Below, one piece after another: positions 45,182-55,137 of a stretch of DNA of 64,000 bases. Under the pieces are notes generated by a model. That model did no database searches. It saw only the letters and a list, made by a program, of their open reading frames with translations, and was not told where the DNA came from. The stretch's first letter is position 1. The number at the start of each line of letters is the position of its first letter. The translations under genes and the position numbers were made by a program. Origin of the DNA: Clostridiales bacterium (GTDB lineage: Bacteria; Bacillota; Clostridia; Oscillospirales; Acutalibacteraceae); assembly GCA_022793315.1 (NCBI GenBank), contig JAAWCO010000084.1:3364-67363 (forward strand), given 5' to 3'.

Positions 45182-46413
45182 TGGTCTTCCTCCCCCTTTT
45201 CCTTCGCATTCCGCTCTTCGCCGGCGGACCCAGCATCAGCTTCACCGGCGGAGCCTCCTGCCGCTTCATCAGCAGGTGCCTCAACGGGGCGGTCCGCTCC
45301 CTCGTCAGCAGCTTCACCGGCGGCTTCTCCGACAGGGTCCTCAGCCGTTTCGTCCGGAGGATCATCCTCTCCCGGCGGTCTTCTCCGCCGGTTTTCGTAC
45401 ACATTGCTCACCGCCGTCAGTCCCACAAACACGACGATCAGCCCTCCCAGGGTATACACTCCCCAATAGGGCAGACCCATCAGCGTCCCCGTTCCCGCAG
45501 CGGTGGTTGCCGTGGCAGACGGCGGGGCAGTAGTATAGGAGGGCGCGGTGGGAAGATAGGGCTCGGCCGGGGCGGGAAGCGCCGCCCCTTCGGCCAGCGG
45601 GTCCACGCCACCCGCCAGCATACGCACCTGATCGGCCGACAGAGCGAAATCGTACAGCGCCGCGTCGTCAATCAGTCCATGGAACATGCCGCCCTCCCAC
45701 AGGGAACCGTTGCCGATGATAAACCGGCTGGAGAGAAGCTCGTTGGCTCCCATCAGAAGGCCCTGCCGGAACCAGACCCTGCCGTCCAGATAGACCAGCA
45801 GCTCCTCCGCCGTGAAGACAAGGGCGACATGATGCCACTCATTGAGGGGAATGCCATAAGACTCGCTGTCCTGGACGGCGGGATTAAACAGCTGAATTTT
45901 CAGGCCGTCGCCGCCATCCTTATAAAAGTCGAGATAGACGCCGTCGAGAATCCTCCCCTCCTCATCGGGGGCGCTGTCATCGCGGGCGTGAGGCGCCAGA
46001 CTGACCCAGGAGGTTCCCCGCCGGTTGGTCATGGTAAACAGACGCTGGGCATGAAAGGAGGAATCGACCCCCTCCACCGGCCCCTTCCAGTACATCCAGG
46101 TGGCAAAGCTCAGCTGCGGGCTGGACAGCTGCATGGTGTCCCCCACCTGCAAATACTGCGATTTCCCATCCAGCGCTACCGCCTTGCCGCTGCGCCCCTC
46201 ATCGGTCCAGGTCAGCTCCGACAGCGCTTTTTCCTCCCCGCCGTCATAATAGGCCACATAGGGCGACGGCGGGGCGTCCGGCTCCGATACCACCGACAGA
46301 CGGCCGTTCGTATACCCCTCCAGCGCTGCGGCGGGCGGAGCAGTGGTCAGGATCAGCGCGGCAAAAGCGGCGGCTGTCAAAAGCCCGCGGCTTACCCGCA
46401 GGTGCTGCTTCAT
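45178..46413 (-). CDS. LamG/concanavalin-A-like lectin domain protein, single-pass membrane, acidic cytoplasmic tail
   Basis: Signal peptide. GKAVALDGKSQYLQVGD...LSFATWMYWKG...WHHVALVF...LYLDG...FIIGN...GLIDDAALYDFALS is a LamG jelly-roll pattern. It also has a TM and a D/E/A-rich tail. Confidence 0.7.
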   Translation of the reverse strand: MKQHLRVSRGLLTAAAFAALILTTAPPAAALEGYTNGRLSVVSEPDAPPSPYVAYYDGGEEKALSELTWTDEGRSGKAVALDGKSQYLQVGDTMQLSSPQLSFATWMYWKGPVEGVDSSFHAQRLFTMTNRRGTSWVSLAPHARDDSAPDEEGRILDGVYLDFYKDGGDGLKIQLFNPAVQDSESYGIPLNEWHHVALVFTAEELLVYLDGRVWFRQGLLMGANELLSSRFIIGNGSLWEGGMFHGLIDDAALYDFALSADQVRMLAGGVDPLAEGAALPAPAEPYLPTAPSYTTAPPSATATTAAGTGTLMGLPYWGVYTLGGLIVVFVGLTAVSNVYENRRRRPPGEDDPPDETAEDPVGEAAGEAADEGADRPVEAPADEAAGGSAGEADAGSAGEERNAKEKGEEDQ

Positions 46414-46529
46414 CGGTCTCCATCCTTCCTACCATTGATTGACAGGGAAAAAACGCGCCTGCCGGCGTTTTCGGCGATATCCTGCGGCCCTGCCGCCCGC
46501 GGCCTTCCCCCGCTGCGTGAACGTCCGCG

Positions 46530-47297
46530 TCACAGGTTTCCGGTCAGGGTCATCAGCGCCGCCAGCGCCGCCAGCGGGGCCGTCTCACAGCGCAGAATCC
46601 GTTTGCCCAGGGTCGCCGCGCGCGCGCCGCGTTCCTTCAGCGCCTCCACCTCTTCCGGCTCAAACCCGCCCTCCGGCCCGATAAACAGCGACAGGCCCCG
46701 CGTCTGAGGGGTCACCAGCGCGGACAGTGGCTCCCCTCCGCCCTCGTAGCACACGATGGAGGGCAGTCCGGCCGCCGTCATATCCTCCAGCGCCCGCCGC
46801 CAGTCAAGCGGAGAATGGACAGGCGGCAGCATTCCGCGGCCGCACTGGCCGGCCGCCTCATCAGCGATCCGCTGCCACCGGGCCTGCTTTTTTTCCTCCC
46901 GGCCGGACAGACGCGCCACACAGCGGGCGGTTTCCACCGGCACAATCCGGGAAACCCCCAGCTCCACCGCCTTTTGGATGATCCACTCCATTTTATCCGC
47001 CTTGGGAAGTCCCTGGTAAAGGGTGATTTTCACCGTGGGCTCGCATACCGTGGGCGTGCGGTAAAGCACCCGGAGCTCCACCAGCTCCTCACCAAAGCCG
47101 GTGATCTCGCAGAAATAATCGTTCCCCGCCCCATCGCACAGGGTCAGGCGGTCGCCGCACCGCATCCGCAGGGCCCCGCGAATGTGGCGGGCGTCAGCCC
47201 CCGTGACCGGCACGCGGGCCGGAGTCGCCTGTTCTCCCTGAACGGGGGCCGCCGTCGCCAGAAGGGCGAGGTCCAGAAAAAAGCGCGGCATGTTCAT
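46530..47297 (-). CDS. rsmE: 16S rRNA (uracil1498-N3)-methyltransferase
   Basis: MNMPRFF start (ATGA overlap with the tcdA stop). SPOUT C-terminal block LFIGPEGGFEPEEV...LGKRILRCETA. Confidence 0.85.
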   Translation of the reverse strand: MNMPRFFLDLALLATAAPVQGEQATPARVPVTGADARHIRGALRMRCGDRLTLCDGAGNDYFCEITGFGEELVELRVLYRTPTVCEPTVKITLYQGLPKADKMEWIIQKAVELGVSRIVPVETARCVARLSGREEKKQARWQRIADEAAGQCGRGMLPPVHSPLDWRRALEDMTAAGLPSIVCYEGGGEPLSALVTPQTRGLSLFIGPEGGFEPEEVEALKERGARAATLGKRILRCETAPLAALAALMTLTGNL

Positions 47298-48058
47298 CCT
47301 CCTGTTTCCGGTTGGATTTCACCGGCGGCAAGCAGGTCCTTCACAATCTCGGCCGCCAGCAGCAGTCCCGCCGCCGCGGGGACAAAGGAGACACTGCCCG
47401 GAACCGGCCTCGTCCCCGGTGCAGAGGCTGGTTCCGGCGTCGAGGTCAGGGCCGGTTCATCGGAGCAGACCACCTTCATCCCCGGCAGATGGCGGCGGCG
47501 CAGCTCCCGACGCATGACACGGCACAGCCCACAGCCCTCCGTGTCGAAAATGTCCTTCACCCGAAAGCGGGAGGGGTCCAGCCGGTTGCCGCAGCCCATC
47601 GCACTGATGAGCGGAATGCTCTCCTGTACACATTCCTCCCGCAGCGCCAGCTTGGAGGAGACCATATCAATACAATCGGCTACGTAATCACAGCCGCAAA
47701 TCAGGCCGGCGCCCTCCCCTTCTGTACCGCCGGGGGCGGCAGGACGATAGAACAGCGTCTCCGCCCGCACCTCACACTCAGGGCAGATATCCCGCACCCG
47801 CCCGGCCATCACCTCCGCCTTGGAACGGCCCAGTGTAGAGCGGAGGGCGACCAGCTGCCGGTTGAGATTGGTAACATCCACTGTATCTCCGTCCACCAGT
47901 ACCAGACGGCCGATCCCGGCGCGGGCCAGCGCCTCCGCCGCCCAGGAGCCGACGCCGCCCAGCCCAAACACCGCCACCGCCTTCCGACTCAGGAGAGAAA
48001 CGCCCTCCTCCCCCAGCAGCAGGGCGGTCCGCGCCGTCCAGCGTTCTTCCGCTTGCAC
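47294..48058 (-). CDS. tcdA: tRNA threonylcarbamoyladenosine dehydratase (ThiF/E1-like)
   Basis: GTG 48058 follows GGGGGAGGG. VAVFGLGGVGSWAAEALARAGIGRLVLVDGDTVDVTNLNRQ. Confidence 0.75.
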   Translation of the reverse strand: MQAEERWTARTALLLGEEGVSLLSRKAVAVFGLGGVGSWAAEALARAGIGRLVLVDGDTVDVTNLNRQLVALRSTLGRSKAEVMAGRVRDICPECEVRAETLFYRPAAPGGTEGEGAGLICGCDYVADCIDMVSSKLALREECVQESIPLISAMGCGNRLDPSRFRVKDIFDTEGCGLCRVMRRELRRRHLPGMKVVCSDEPALTSTPEPASAPGTRPVPGSVSFVPAAAGLLLAAEIVKDLLAAGEIQPETGG

Positions 48059-48123
48059 GAAATCCCTCCCCCTCTCTGCCGGCCGCCGTTTTGCCCCGGC
48101 GGCCTGGCTTTCTGTCCAATCGA

Positions 48124-49056
48124 CTATTCTTCTCCCCGCTGCCGGGCAGTCAGACACAGCCAGCCGCCATGCTCCCGCCGGGCCGTGACCGTAAAGCCGC
48201 AGGCCGACAGAACGCCGATTACCTCGTCCTCCCTCGTGTCGATAATGCCGGACACAATATACGTCCCCCCGGGCCGGAGAAGACGTGGTATGCCGGGGGA
48301 AAGGCTCACAATGGCATCCGCCACAATGTTCGCGGCCACCATATCAAACGTCCCCTGCACCGCTGTCGCCAGATCCCCCTGAAGCACAGTAAAGCGGGGC
48401 GGCTCAAAACCGTTGAGAGCGCCGTTTTCTGCCGCGGTTTTGACCGCCAGCGGGTCGATGTCCACTCCCACCGCCCTGCCGGCTCCCAGCAGGAGGGCGG
48501 CGATGGACAGAATGCCGCTGCCACAGCCCACATCCAGCAGAGAGAGGCCGGGGCGCACCTGCTCCTCCAGCGTTTCCAGCACCAGTCGGGTGGTATCGTG
48601 CCCGCCGGTGCCGAAGGCCATGCCCGGATCAATGGACAACACCTGTCTGCCGCCGGGATCCCCTGCCGGTTCCCAGGTGGGGCGGATCAGCAGGCGCTCT
48701 CCCACTGGCAGAGGCTTGAAATACTTTTTCCAGTTGTTGGCCCAGTCGGATTCCCGCACCGCATTCGCCGCCAGCTCGTGACCGATTCCCTCTGCCGCAA
48801 GACGTTCCCGCAGATAGGCCATCGCCTCTGCGGGGTTGTCCTCCGGACTGATATACAGATGAATCAGAGAACGGGTGCGATCCCGCGCCAGCAGCTCTTC
48901 GTCAATCAGGTCAATGTGGGCGATCTCCCGCGCGCCCTCCTCCAGGTCGCTGTAGTCCTCAATATAAATGCCATAGGGCACCGCCATATTGGCGATAGCC
49001 GCCGCCCGCTCGGTGTCGGCGGCGGGCACCGTGATACACAGCTCGGTCCAGTCCAT
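48124..49056 (-). CDS. prmA: ribosomal protein L11 methyltransferase
   Basis: ATG 49056 gives MDWTELCITV. FGTGGHDTT and LDVGCGSGILSIAA SAM motifs. Confidence 0.85.
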   Translation of the reverse strand: MDWTELCITVPAADTERAAAIANMAVPYGIYIEDYSDLEEGAREIAHIDLIDEELLARDRTRSLIHLYISPEDNPAEAMAYLRERLAAEGIGHELAANAVRESDWANNWKKYFKPLPVGERLLIRPTWEPAGDPGGRQVLSIDPGMAFGTGGHDTTRLVLETLEEQVRPGLSLLDVGCGSGILSIAALLLGAGRAVGVDIDPLAVKTAAENGALNGFEPPRFTVLQGDLATAVQGTFDMVAANIVADAIVSLSPGIPRLLRPGGTYIVSGIIDTREDEVIGVLSACGFTVTARREHGGWLCLTARQRGEE

Positions 49057-49097
49057 CTTTCTTCTCCCCCTGCATGAAGCGGAAGCCTCCGTCCCGC

Positions 49098-50618
49098 TTA
49101 TTCCCCGGCCAGATACCCTTCCAGCGCCGACCGGTCCAGACCCTCCCACCGGGTCATAAAGCCTGCCAGCAGTCCGGCAATGCGGCGGCAGCCACCTGCC
49201 TGGTCGCTTTCAATGTTCAGCGGCATCACCGGATCATGGACGCTCAGCCGTAGCAGCAGCCAGCCGTCGCCGTCCGCCGGGCCAAAAGAGAGGCGCACCC
49301 CTTCCCGGCTGTCGTCGGCCACCTCCCAGCCCCGCTCCCGCGCATAGCTCTCCAGTCCGGCGATGACGGCGTTGCCGCAGGCGGCAAAATCCGGCTCCCG
49401 GATGGGGAAACGCAGTTCAACGCCCTCGGCCGGTTCGGCCAGCGCGTCGATCAGGCTGTCCAGCGTCCGCCCCTCTTTCCGCAGCCGGGCGGCCCGGATA
49501 ATCAGCCTGGTGGCGAGATAGGCGCCGTCATCGAGAAAATAATTGTCCCGCAGCGCCGCATGACCGGAGGTTTCAATGGCGAGCGGACAGCTTTCGCCGG
49601 CGGCGTTGAGGCGGATTCCCTCGTCGATTACATTTTTATAGCCGCGCTTAAAGCGGCAGTGACGGCCTCCCAGCGTCTCTTCAATAAAGGCCTTCAGCCC
49701 GCGGGAGGTGACCGAATCGGTCACAATGGTGCCGCCGGGGACATCCTCCAGCGCGACGGCGGCGGCGAGAGCGACCAGCCGGTTGCGGTTGATCTCCCGT
49801 CCGTCGGGCCCCACCAGCCCCGCACGGTCCACATCGGTATCAAAAATAACGCCCAGATCCGCCCCGTGCCGCCGGACCGCCTCACAGACGGAGTCCATCG
49901 CTTCCGGGTCCTCCGGGTTGGGGATATGGTTCGGAAAACGGCCGTCCGGCTCCAAAAACTGACTGCCGGTCACCTCTGCGCCAAGAGGCTCCAGCACCTG
50001 TCCGGCATAAAAGCCGCCTGCGCCGTTGCCTGCATCTACCACAATATGGAAGCCGTCCAGGGGACGCTCGCCAGCCCCCACCCCCTCCACAATCAGGGTA
50101 CGCAGCCGGGCGGCATAGCGGGACATGTATTCCACTTCCTCCACCCTGCCGGCCGCAGCGGGCGGGGCGGCAGACTCCTGTGCATGGGTCAGAATCGCTT
50201 CAATGTCCGCGCCCTCCAGCCCCCCCTCCGGCACAAAGAATTTCAAGCCGTTGCGCTGCCAGGGATGGTGGCTGGCCGTGATCTGTACCGCTCCGTCGCA
50301 GCCGAGGTCCACGGTGGTCATAAACATGGCGGGGGTGGAGGCCATCCCGCAGTCCAGAACATGCGCTCCCCCCGCCGTCAGGGCGTGGACGACGGCGTCC
50401 CGGATACGGGGGCCGGAAAGGCGGCTGTCCCGTCCCACTGAGACGGTCAGCTCACCGGCGGCACAGCCGCGGCGCTCCGACAGCCAGAGCAGAAATCCGG
50501 ACGCCATCCGTTCCACCGCCTGATCGGTCAGGGTCACCGGCTCCCCCGCCGCCCCCTCCATCGCGCAGCCGCGGATGTCGGTGCCGCTTCGGAAGGCCTT
50601 CCATTCAGCATTCAGCAT
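49098..50618 (-). CDS. alpha-D-phosphohexomutase family enzyme (phosphomannomutase/phosphoglucomutase type)
   Basis: GTDIRG, ITASHHP (active-site Ser loop), FDTDVDR (metal loop) and ETSGH. Confidence 0.85.
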   Translation of the reverse strand: MLNAEWKAFRSGTDIRGCAMEGAAGEPVTLTDQAVERMASGFLLWLSERRGCAAGELTVSVGRDSRLSGPRIRDAVVHALTAGGAHVLDCGMASTPAMFMTTVDLGCDGAVQITASHHPWQRNGLKFFVPEGGLEGADIEAILTHAQESAAPPAAAGRVEEVEYMSRYAARLRTLIVEGVGAGERPLDGFHIVVDAGNGAGGFYAGQVLEPLGAEVTGSQFLEPDGRFPNHIPNPEDPEAMDSVCEAVRRHGADLGVIFDTDVDRAGLVGPDGREINRNRLVALAAAVALEDVPGGTIVTDSVTSRGLKAFIEETLGGRHCRFKRGYKNVIDEGIRLNAAGESCPLAIETSGHAALRDNYFLDDGAYLATRLIIRAARLRKEGRTLDSLIDALAEPAEGVELRFPIREPDFAACGNAVIAGLESYARERGWEVADDSREGVRLSFGPADGDGWLLLRLSVHDPVMPLNIESDQAGGCRRIAGLLAGFMTRWEGLDRSALEGYLAGE

Positions 50619-50908
50619 ATTGACAACGTCCTCCGTTTTTGTTAAGGTCAAGGTACATTATACCGGCTGGACAGGGCTTTGTCATCTTTTTCTCTTCGCC
50701 GCATTGTAAATATTTTGTGTCTTTTCAGCCTGGGAACGACCAAAAAGGACGCCGGAGGGTGGAGAGGACGGGAAAAGGGAAAATTTTTGTCTCTATAAAA
50801 AATTAGCGGTTGCTTTTTTTCGGAAGGAATGCTATTATAATAGACACGTTCCTGCTTCGGCGCCCTTGTACCGGAGCAGCGGGCAGGATGAGCAGAGGAG
50901 GTGTGACC

Positions 50909-51163
50909 ATGCCCAATATCAAATCCGCCAAAAAGCGCGTCAAGGTCATCGCTGTCAAAACAGCCCGGAACAAAGCGGTTCGTTCCGCTCTGAGGACCGA
51001 CATTAAAAAGGCGAACATCGCGATTGAGTCCGGCGCAGCGGACAAAGAAGAAGCCGTGAGGATCGCCATTAAAAAAATCGATCAGGCTGTGGCGAAGGGA
51101 CTCCTGCATAAGAATACCGCCGCCAGGAGAAAGTCCGCCCTCGCTAAAAAAGCCCGCGCATAA
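50909..51163 (+). CDS. rpsT: 30S ribosomal protein S20
   Basis: ATG 50909 follows [21 protein letters not shown]... 84 aa, basic. Confidence 0.9.
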   Translation: MPNIKSAKKRVKVIAVKTARNKAVRSALRTDIKKANIAIESGAADKEEAVRIAIKKIDQAVAKGLLHKNTAARRKSALAKKARA

Positions 51164-51282
51164 AACGGCTGGCAGACGCGACGATGCAAAGACTTGGAGG
51201 ATGACGCTGTGCGTCTGTCCTTTCGGGTCTTTTTTCGTTATACGACCTCCCGGCCCGCTTTATCGAGAGGAGAGATGACCCT

Positions 51283-51708
51283 ATGGCCGACACCACCATT
51301 AAAAAAGGCCGCATGGGCTGGATTCTGGCAGGCGGCCTCGGCCTGCTTCTGCTGGCCCTCCTGGCGGCGTCCGTCATCCTGTGGAGACAGTTGGAGGAAT
51401 CCCGGCAGCGCGAATATATAGCGGAGGGCCGCACTGCTCTGGTGGCCGCACAAACCATCGCCGCCAGAGAATTCGCTCTCACCGGCGAAACGGAGGGGAT
51501 CGAGGCTGCGATTCAGCATTCCTTTCGTCAGGTGGCCGGCGACGGTGTGCAGGTCGTCCGGATTGAGAGTGCCATGCCTGACGAAAACGGCCGCCTCACC
51601 CGCTTTGTCTGTCAGGTGAGCAGGAGCTCCGGCCGCCTTTACCGGGTCACCATCAACCCCGTAAGCGGCGACGCCGTCTGTGAACGGGAAACGGCTTCAG
51701 CCGAATGA
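51283..51708 (+). CDS. membrane-anchored hypothetical protein
   Basis: 141-aa ORF with an N-terminal TM (WILAGGLGLLLLALLAASVILW) and coding-like composition. Confidence 0.5.
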   Translation: MADTTIKKGRMGWILAGGLGLLLLALLAASVILWRQLEESRQREYIAEGRTALVAAQTIAAREFALTGETEGIEAAIQHSFRQVAGDGVQVVRIESAMPDENGRLTRFVCQVSRSSGRLYRVTINPVSGDAVCERETASAE

Positions 51709-51846
51709 TCCTCATCATAAAGGGCCGCAGGAAGCTCTTACAGAAGGACTCTGCATATCTTTCCGGGTTGTCCTCCGCCTTTCATCAGCGAAAGAACGCG
51801 GGAAAGCCCGTCAAAAATTTCAATGGACCGGGGAGAAACGATTTTC

Positions 51847-52488
51847 ATGCTGGAAAAAGGTAAATTTATTGTATTTGAAGGTCTGGACGGCTGCGGAAAA
51901 ACGACGCAGCTGAAGCTGCTTCAGGAGCGGATGTCCACCATCTGCCGCGAGCGCAAATGCTTTGAAACCCGTGAGCCCAGTGATAGCGTCCCCGGCCTGA
52001 TCTGTCGGGGAATCAGCAAGGAATCTATTTTTGTCGAGCCGGAGACAGAGGCCCTTCTGTATGCCGCCGACCGCAACGAGCATGTCCTGAAAGAGCTTCT
52101 CCCCCAGCTGAACAGGGGCAACCATGTGCTGTGCGACCGCTATTATTTTTCCAATTTTGCCTATCAGACGCTGTCCTCCGACATGGAGCGTCTGCTGGCG
52201 TATAACCAGCCGGCCATGGAACGGCTGAGAGCTGACGTCACCATTTTCATCGACGTTTCTCCGGAGGAATGCGAGAAGCGCCGTTCGCTGAAGCGGGCCT
52301 CCAAGGAGCTGTATGAAAAGGTAGAACAGGCGAAAATTATTCGGGAAAACTATTTTGCCGCTTTTGAGCGGCTGAAGGATAGCGAGCGGGTGGAGGTGAT
52401 CAACGGCGAGGGCAGCGTCAGTCAGATTTTTGAAAATATCTGGCTGAGACTGGTAAAAGATGTATTTGACCAGGATGATCTGCTGTGA
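51847..52488 (+). CDS. tmk: dTMP (thymidylate) kinase
   Basis: ATG 51847 follows GGGGAGAAA. GKFIVFEGLDGCGKTT P-loop and DRYYFS motif. Confidence 0.85.
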   Translation: MLEKGKFIVFEGLDGCGKTTQLKLLQERMSTICRERKCFETREPSDSVPGLICRGISKESIFVEPETEALLYAADRNEHVLKELLPQLNRGNHVLCDRYYFSNFAYQTLSSDMERLLAYNQPAMERLRADVTIFIDVSPEECEKRRSLKRASKELYEKVEQAKIIRENYFAAFERLKDSERVEVINGEGSVSQIFENIWLRLVKDVFDQDDLL

Positions 52489-52542
52489 AGAACCACGAAA
52501 ACCGGGTAGCAAAAATTTTGCCGGTATTTCTATAAACCAACA

Positions 52543-52929
52543 ATGGCAGCCCTGGCTTTTGGGGATAAAAACAGGGACGCGTTCTCGTCTGCCTTTGTCT
52601 CCCTCTGTCGAAAAGCGCCGAAGGACCTGACAGCGGAACGCCTGAAAAGGGCCGGCGCCGATGTTCGCTATTTCGGCGCTCTCCTTTCCGATTCTGCCGA
52701 CAGCATCATCAAAAGCCGGTTTACCATCATCCAATGGGATTCCCATTCCGCCCGCCTGACCTATCCCAAGGAAGATCAGGTCTATCACTATAATTGGGAG
52801 TACGCCGCCGGAGACCCTGCGACAGACCTGGCGCAGGATTTGATCCGCCTGCTGATCAAACTGGTGCCCGAGGAGAACCGCAAGCTTCATCCGGCAGAGC
52901 AGCCCCAGCCTCTTTTGCCAAATACATAA
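52543..52929 (+). CDS. hypothetical protein
   Basis: 128-aa ORF followed by a strong terminator. No motif recognised. Confidence 0.4.
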   Translation: MAALAFGDKNRDAFSSAFVSLCRKAPKDLTAERLKRAGADVRYFGALLSDSADSIIKSRFTIIQWDSHSARLTYPKEDQVYHYNWEYAAGDPATDLAQDLIRLLIKLVPEENRKLHPAEQPQPLLPNT

Positions 52930-52932
52930 AAA

Positions 52933-52973
52933 GGGAGAACCGCCCACCGGATATCCGGCGGGCGGTTCTCCCC
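52933..52973. terminator. bidirectional terminator
   Basis: GGGAGAACCGCCCACCGG-ATAT-CCGGCGGGCGGTTCTCCC. Confidence 0.75.
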
Positions 52974-53051
52974 TTATCGGCGCCAATGCCCTCATCTCAG
53001 AGACGGGCAGCCGCAGACCGGCGCAGAAAGGCCTCGCTTTTCCGAAGCTTT

Positions 53052-53621
53052 TCAATGGGACCCGGCTTCGCCCCGGCTTTCCATCCGCAGTAAAATGGGA
53101 CGGAGCTTTTTCGCCAAAAAGGCAGCCGCTGCCATTTTAATAAAGTCGCCGGGCAGAAAGGGAATCACGCAGGCCATCAGCGCACGCCAGAGCCCCACAT
53201 GCACCGATACCATATACCAGGCCGTTCCCAGGATAAAATAGGTAAGCATCCCCGCCAGCATGGCGGCAAAATACAGAAGAATTTTGTTATTTCGGTTGAA
53301 TTTTTCAATCAGCAGGCCGGTGATAAACGCCGCCGGTATGTAGCCAATAATATAGCCGCCAGTCGGACCGAACAGCGCGCCGAGCCCGCCCCGGAATCCG
53401 GCAAAAACGGGAACACCGACGGCCCCCAGAACCGCCCACACGGCAAAGCTCAGCGGGCTGAGCTTTGATCCCAGCAGCGCCCCGGCGCAAAACACAGCGA
53501 AGGTGGCCAGATTGATCGGAACCAGCCCCAGACCGATCGGTATACTGATCTGCGAAAGGACAGCGGTCAGTGCCGCGAACAGAGCGCACAGCACCATTTT
53601 ACGTATGGTTGTTTTTTGCAT
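53052..53621 (-). CDS. bioY: biotin transporter, ECF S-component
   Basis: MQKTTIRKMVLCALFAALTAVLSQISIPIGLGLVPINLATFAVFCAGALLG. 189 aa, multi-TM. Confidence 0.85.
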   Translation of the reverse strand: MQKTTIRKMVLCALFAALTAVLSQISIPIGLGLVPINLATFAVFCAGALLGSKLSPLSFAVWAVLGAVGVPVFAGFRGGLGALFGPTGGYIIGYIPAAFITGLLIEKFNRNNKILLYFAAMLAGMLTYFILGTAWYMVSVHVGLWRALMACVIPFLPGDFIKMAAAAFLAKKLRPILLRMESRGEAGSH

Positions 53622-53738
53622 GGCAACAGCCTCCAGACAAATTGTGTGACCTCCATACCGTTACCGCGCCGCATCATCCGTCTTTTCGCCGGTCTTTTGC
53701 GGAGAGGAAAACAGGTCTAATGGAAAAGCCCGGAGATC

Positions 53739-53766
53739 AGTATACCATAAACAGCACGAATTGTCA
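53739..53766 (-). promoter_or_regulatory. putative bioY promoter
   Basis: Minus strand TGACAA-N16-TATACT, with TG two bases upstream of the -10. The -35 lies inside the operator half-site. Confidence 0.45.
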
Positions 53767-53797
53767 CCTATTTTTTAAAAAATAGGTGACAATTCGT
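53756..53797. promoter_or_regulatory. BirA operator (bioO) palindrome
   Basis: A perfect 21+21 nt inverted repeat, ACGAATTGTCACCTATTTTTT/AAAAAATAGGTGACAATTCGT. Half-sites TTGTCACC/GGTGACAA resemble the Firmicute TGT.A.C BirA box. Confidence 0.65.
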
Positions 53798-54797
53798 TTT
53801 TTCTGTCAACAAATGTTGGACTGATGCTGACCTCGCCTGACGAAAGTGTTTGCTTTTTGCCGTCCGGTGTCTGAACAATCAAGCTCCCTTTTTCGGTAAT
53901 ATTCAGGGCCGTTGCTTCATACTGATCCCTGCCCTGTTTGACGATAATCCTCTGCCCCAGTATGAAAAGCCGCTCTTTGTATCGCCTGAAAAGCTCCTTC
54001 CCCTCCCCTGCCCCGGAGAAGAGAACCCGGTTTAAAATTTCAGCTGCCAGCCGGTTTCTTGTCACGGGTGCGCCGCCCTCCGGATAAAGAGAACCGGCCG
54101 TTTCTCTCAGCTCCTCCGGAAAATCCTCCTGTCTGGTGCAAACATTGAGGCCAATGCCAAGAATGATCTCTGACAAACTGCGGCTTTCCAGATCGGTGAT
54201 TGCCTCTGTGAGGATGCCGCCGACCTTTTTCCCTTCTAAAAAGAGATCATTGACCCATTTAATAGCCAGCTTTAGTCCGTACAGACTCTCAACCGCCTCA
54301 CAGACACACACGGCGGCATGGAAGGTAATATCGGTCGGGCTGCTGAAATTCATCTCTTCAGCGCGCAGGACAATGCTCAGGTAGAGGCCGCTGCCCGGAG
54401 GAGAGAAAAAGGCCCGCCCCTGCCGTCCTCTTCCGCCGGTCTGGCCGTCGGAAAGGATTACCGTTCCATGGACGGCCCGGTTAACCGCCTGCGCTTTTGC
54501 CTCCCGGTTGGTGGAATCCATGGTGGGGTACACATAAATATTTTCCGCTGCGTCAGCAAACAGCAGAAACGGTTTGATCCCCTCAGCAGAGAGAATATCA
54601 TTCTCTCCGGTGAGACGATATCCCCTTTTGGTGACCGCCTCGATCTGGTAGCCCTCTTCCCGCAGCTCCCGGATTGCCCTCCAGATCATATTGCGGGAAA
54701 GGTGCAGCGCTCCGGCAATCTCTTCCCCTGATATACTGTTTCCTCTGTTCTTTTCCAAAACCTCCAAAACCAGCCGTTTGGTTGACATGGCATTCAT
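53775..54797 (-). CDS. birA: bifunctional biotin-[acetyl-CoA-carboxylase] ligase / repressor
   Basis: N-terminal wHTH (ISGEEIAGALHLSRNMIWRAIRELREEGYQIEAVTKRGYRL). GRGRQGR biotin-binding loop. 340 aa. Confidence 0.9.
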   Translation of the reverse strand: MNAMSTKRLVLEVLEKNRGNSISGEEIAGALHLSRNMIWRAIRELREEGYQIEAVTKRGYRLTGENDILSAEGIKPFLLFADAAENIYVYPTMDSTNREAKAQAVNRAVHGTVILSDGQTGGRGRQGRAFFSPPGSGLYLSIVLRAEEMNFSSPTDITFHAAVCVCEAVESLYGLKLAIKWVNDLFLEGKKVGGILTEAITDLESRSLSEIILGIGLNVCTRQEDFPEELRETAGSLYPEGGAPVTRNRLAAEILNRVLFSGAGEGKELFRRYKERLFILGQRIIVKQGRDQYEATALNITEKGSLIVQTPDGKKQTLSSGEVSISPTFVDRKNELSPIF

Positions 54798-55137
54798 CCT
54801 CGTTTTTTCTGAATTATACCGCCTGAGGCATGCGTCTGTGTTCTGAAACGCCCCTGCCCTGGGTCTGTTATCGCCGGAACTTCCTTTGGCAAAAAAGACA
54901 GGCCTTTCGTTTTAACCTATCATACCCACCAGCAATTTTCAAGAGGTCTTTGATAAAATCGGGCCTTCCCCCTTTCGTGCCGGATGCCGCTTAAGTCCCC
55001 GCATGCAGAGCGAAACAGACCTCTGTGCTGCCTGTTCTTGAAAAGGAACACAAAAGCTGGTATATTAGTTGTATCAAAAATCGGCGGCAAAGGCCGCGGG
55101 AAATCTGCCGGAGAGTTTGGGACGGAGGATGGAGACC

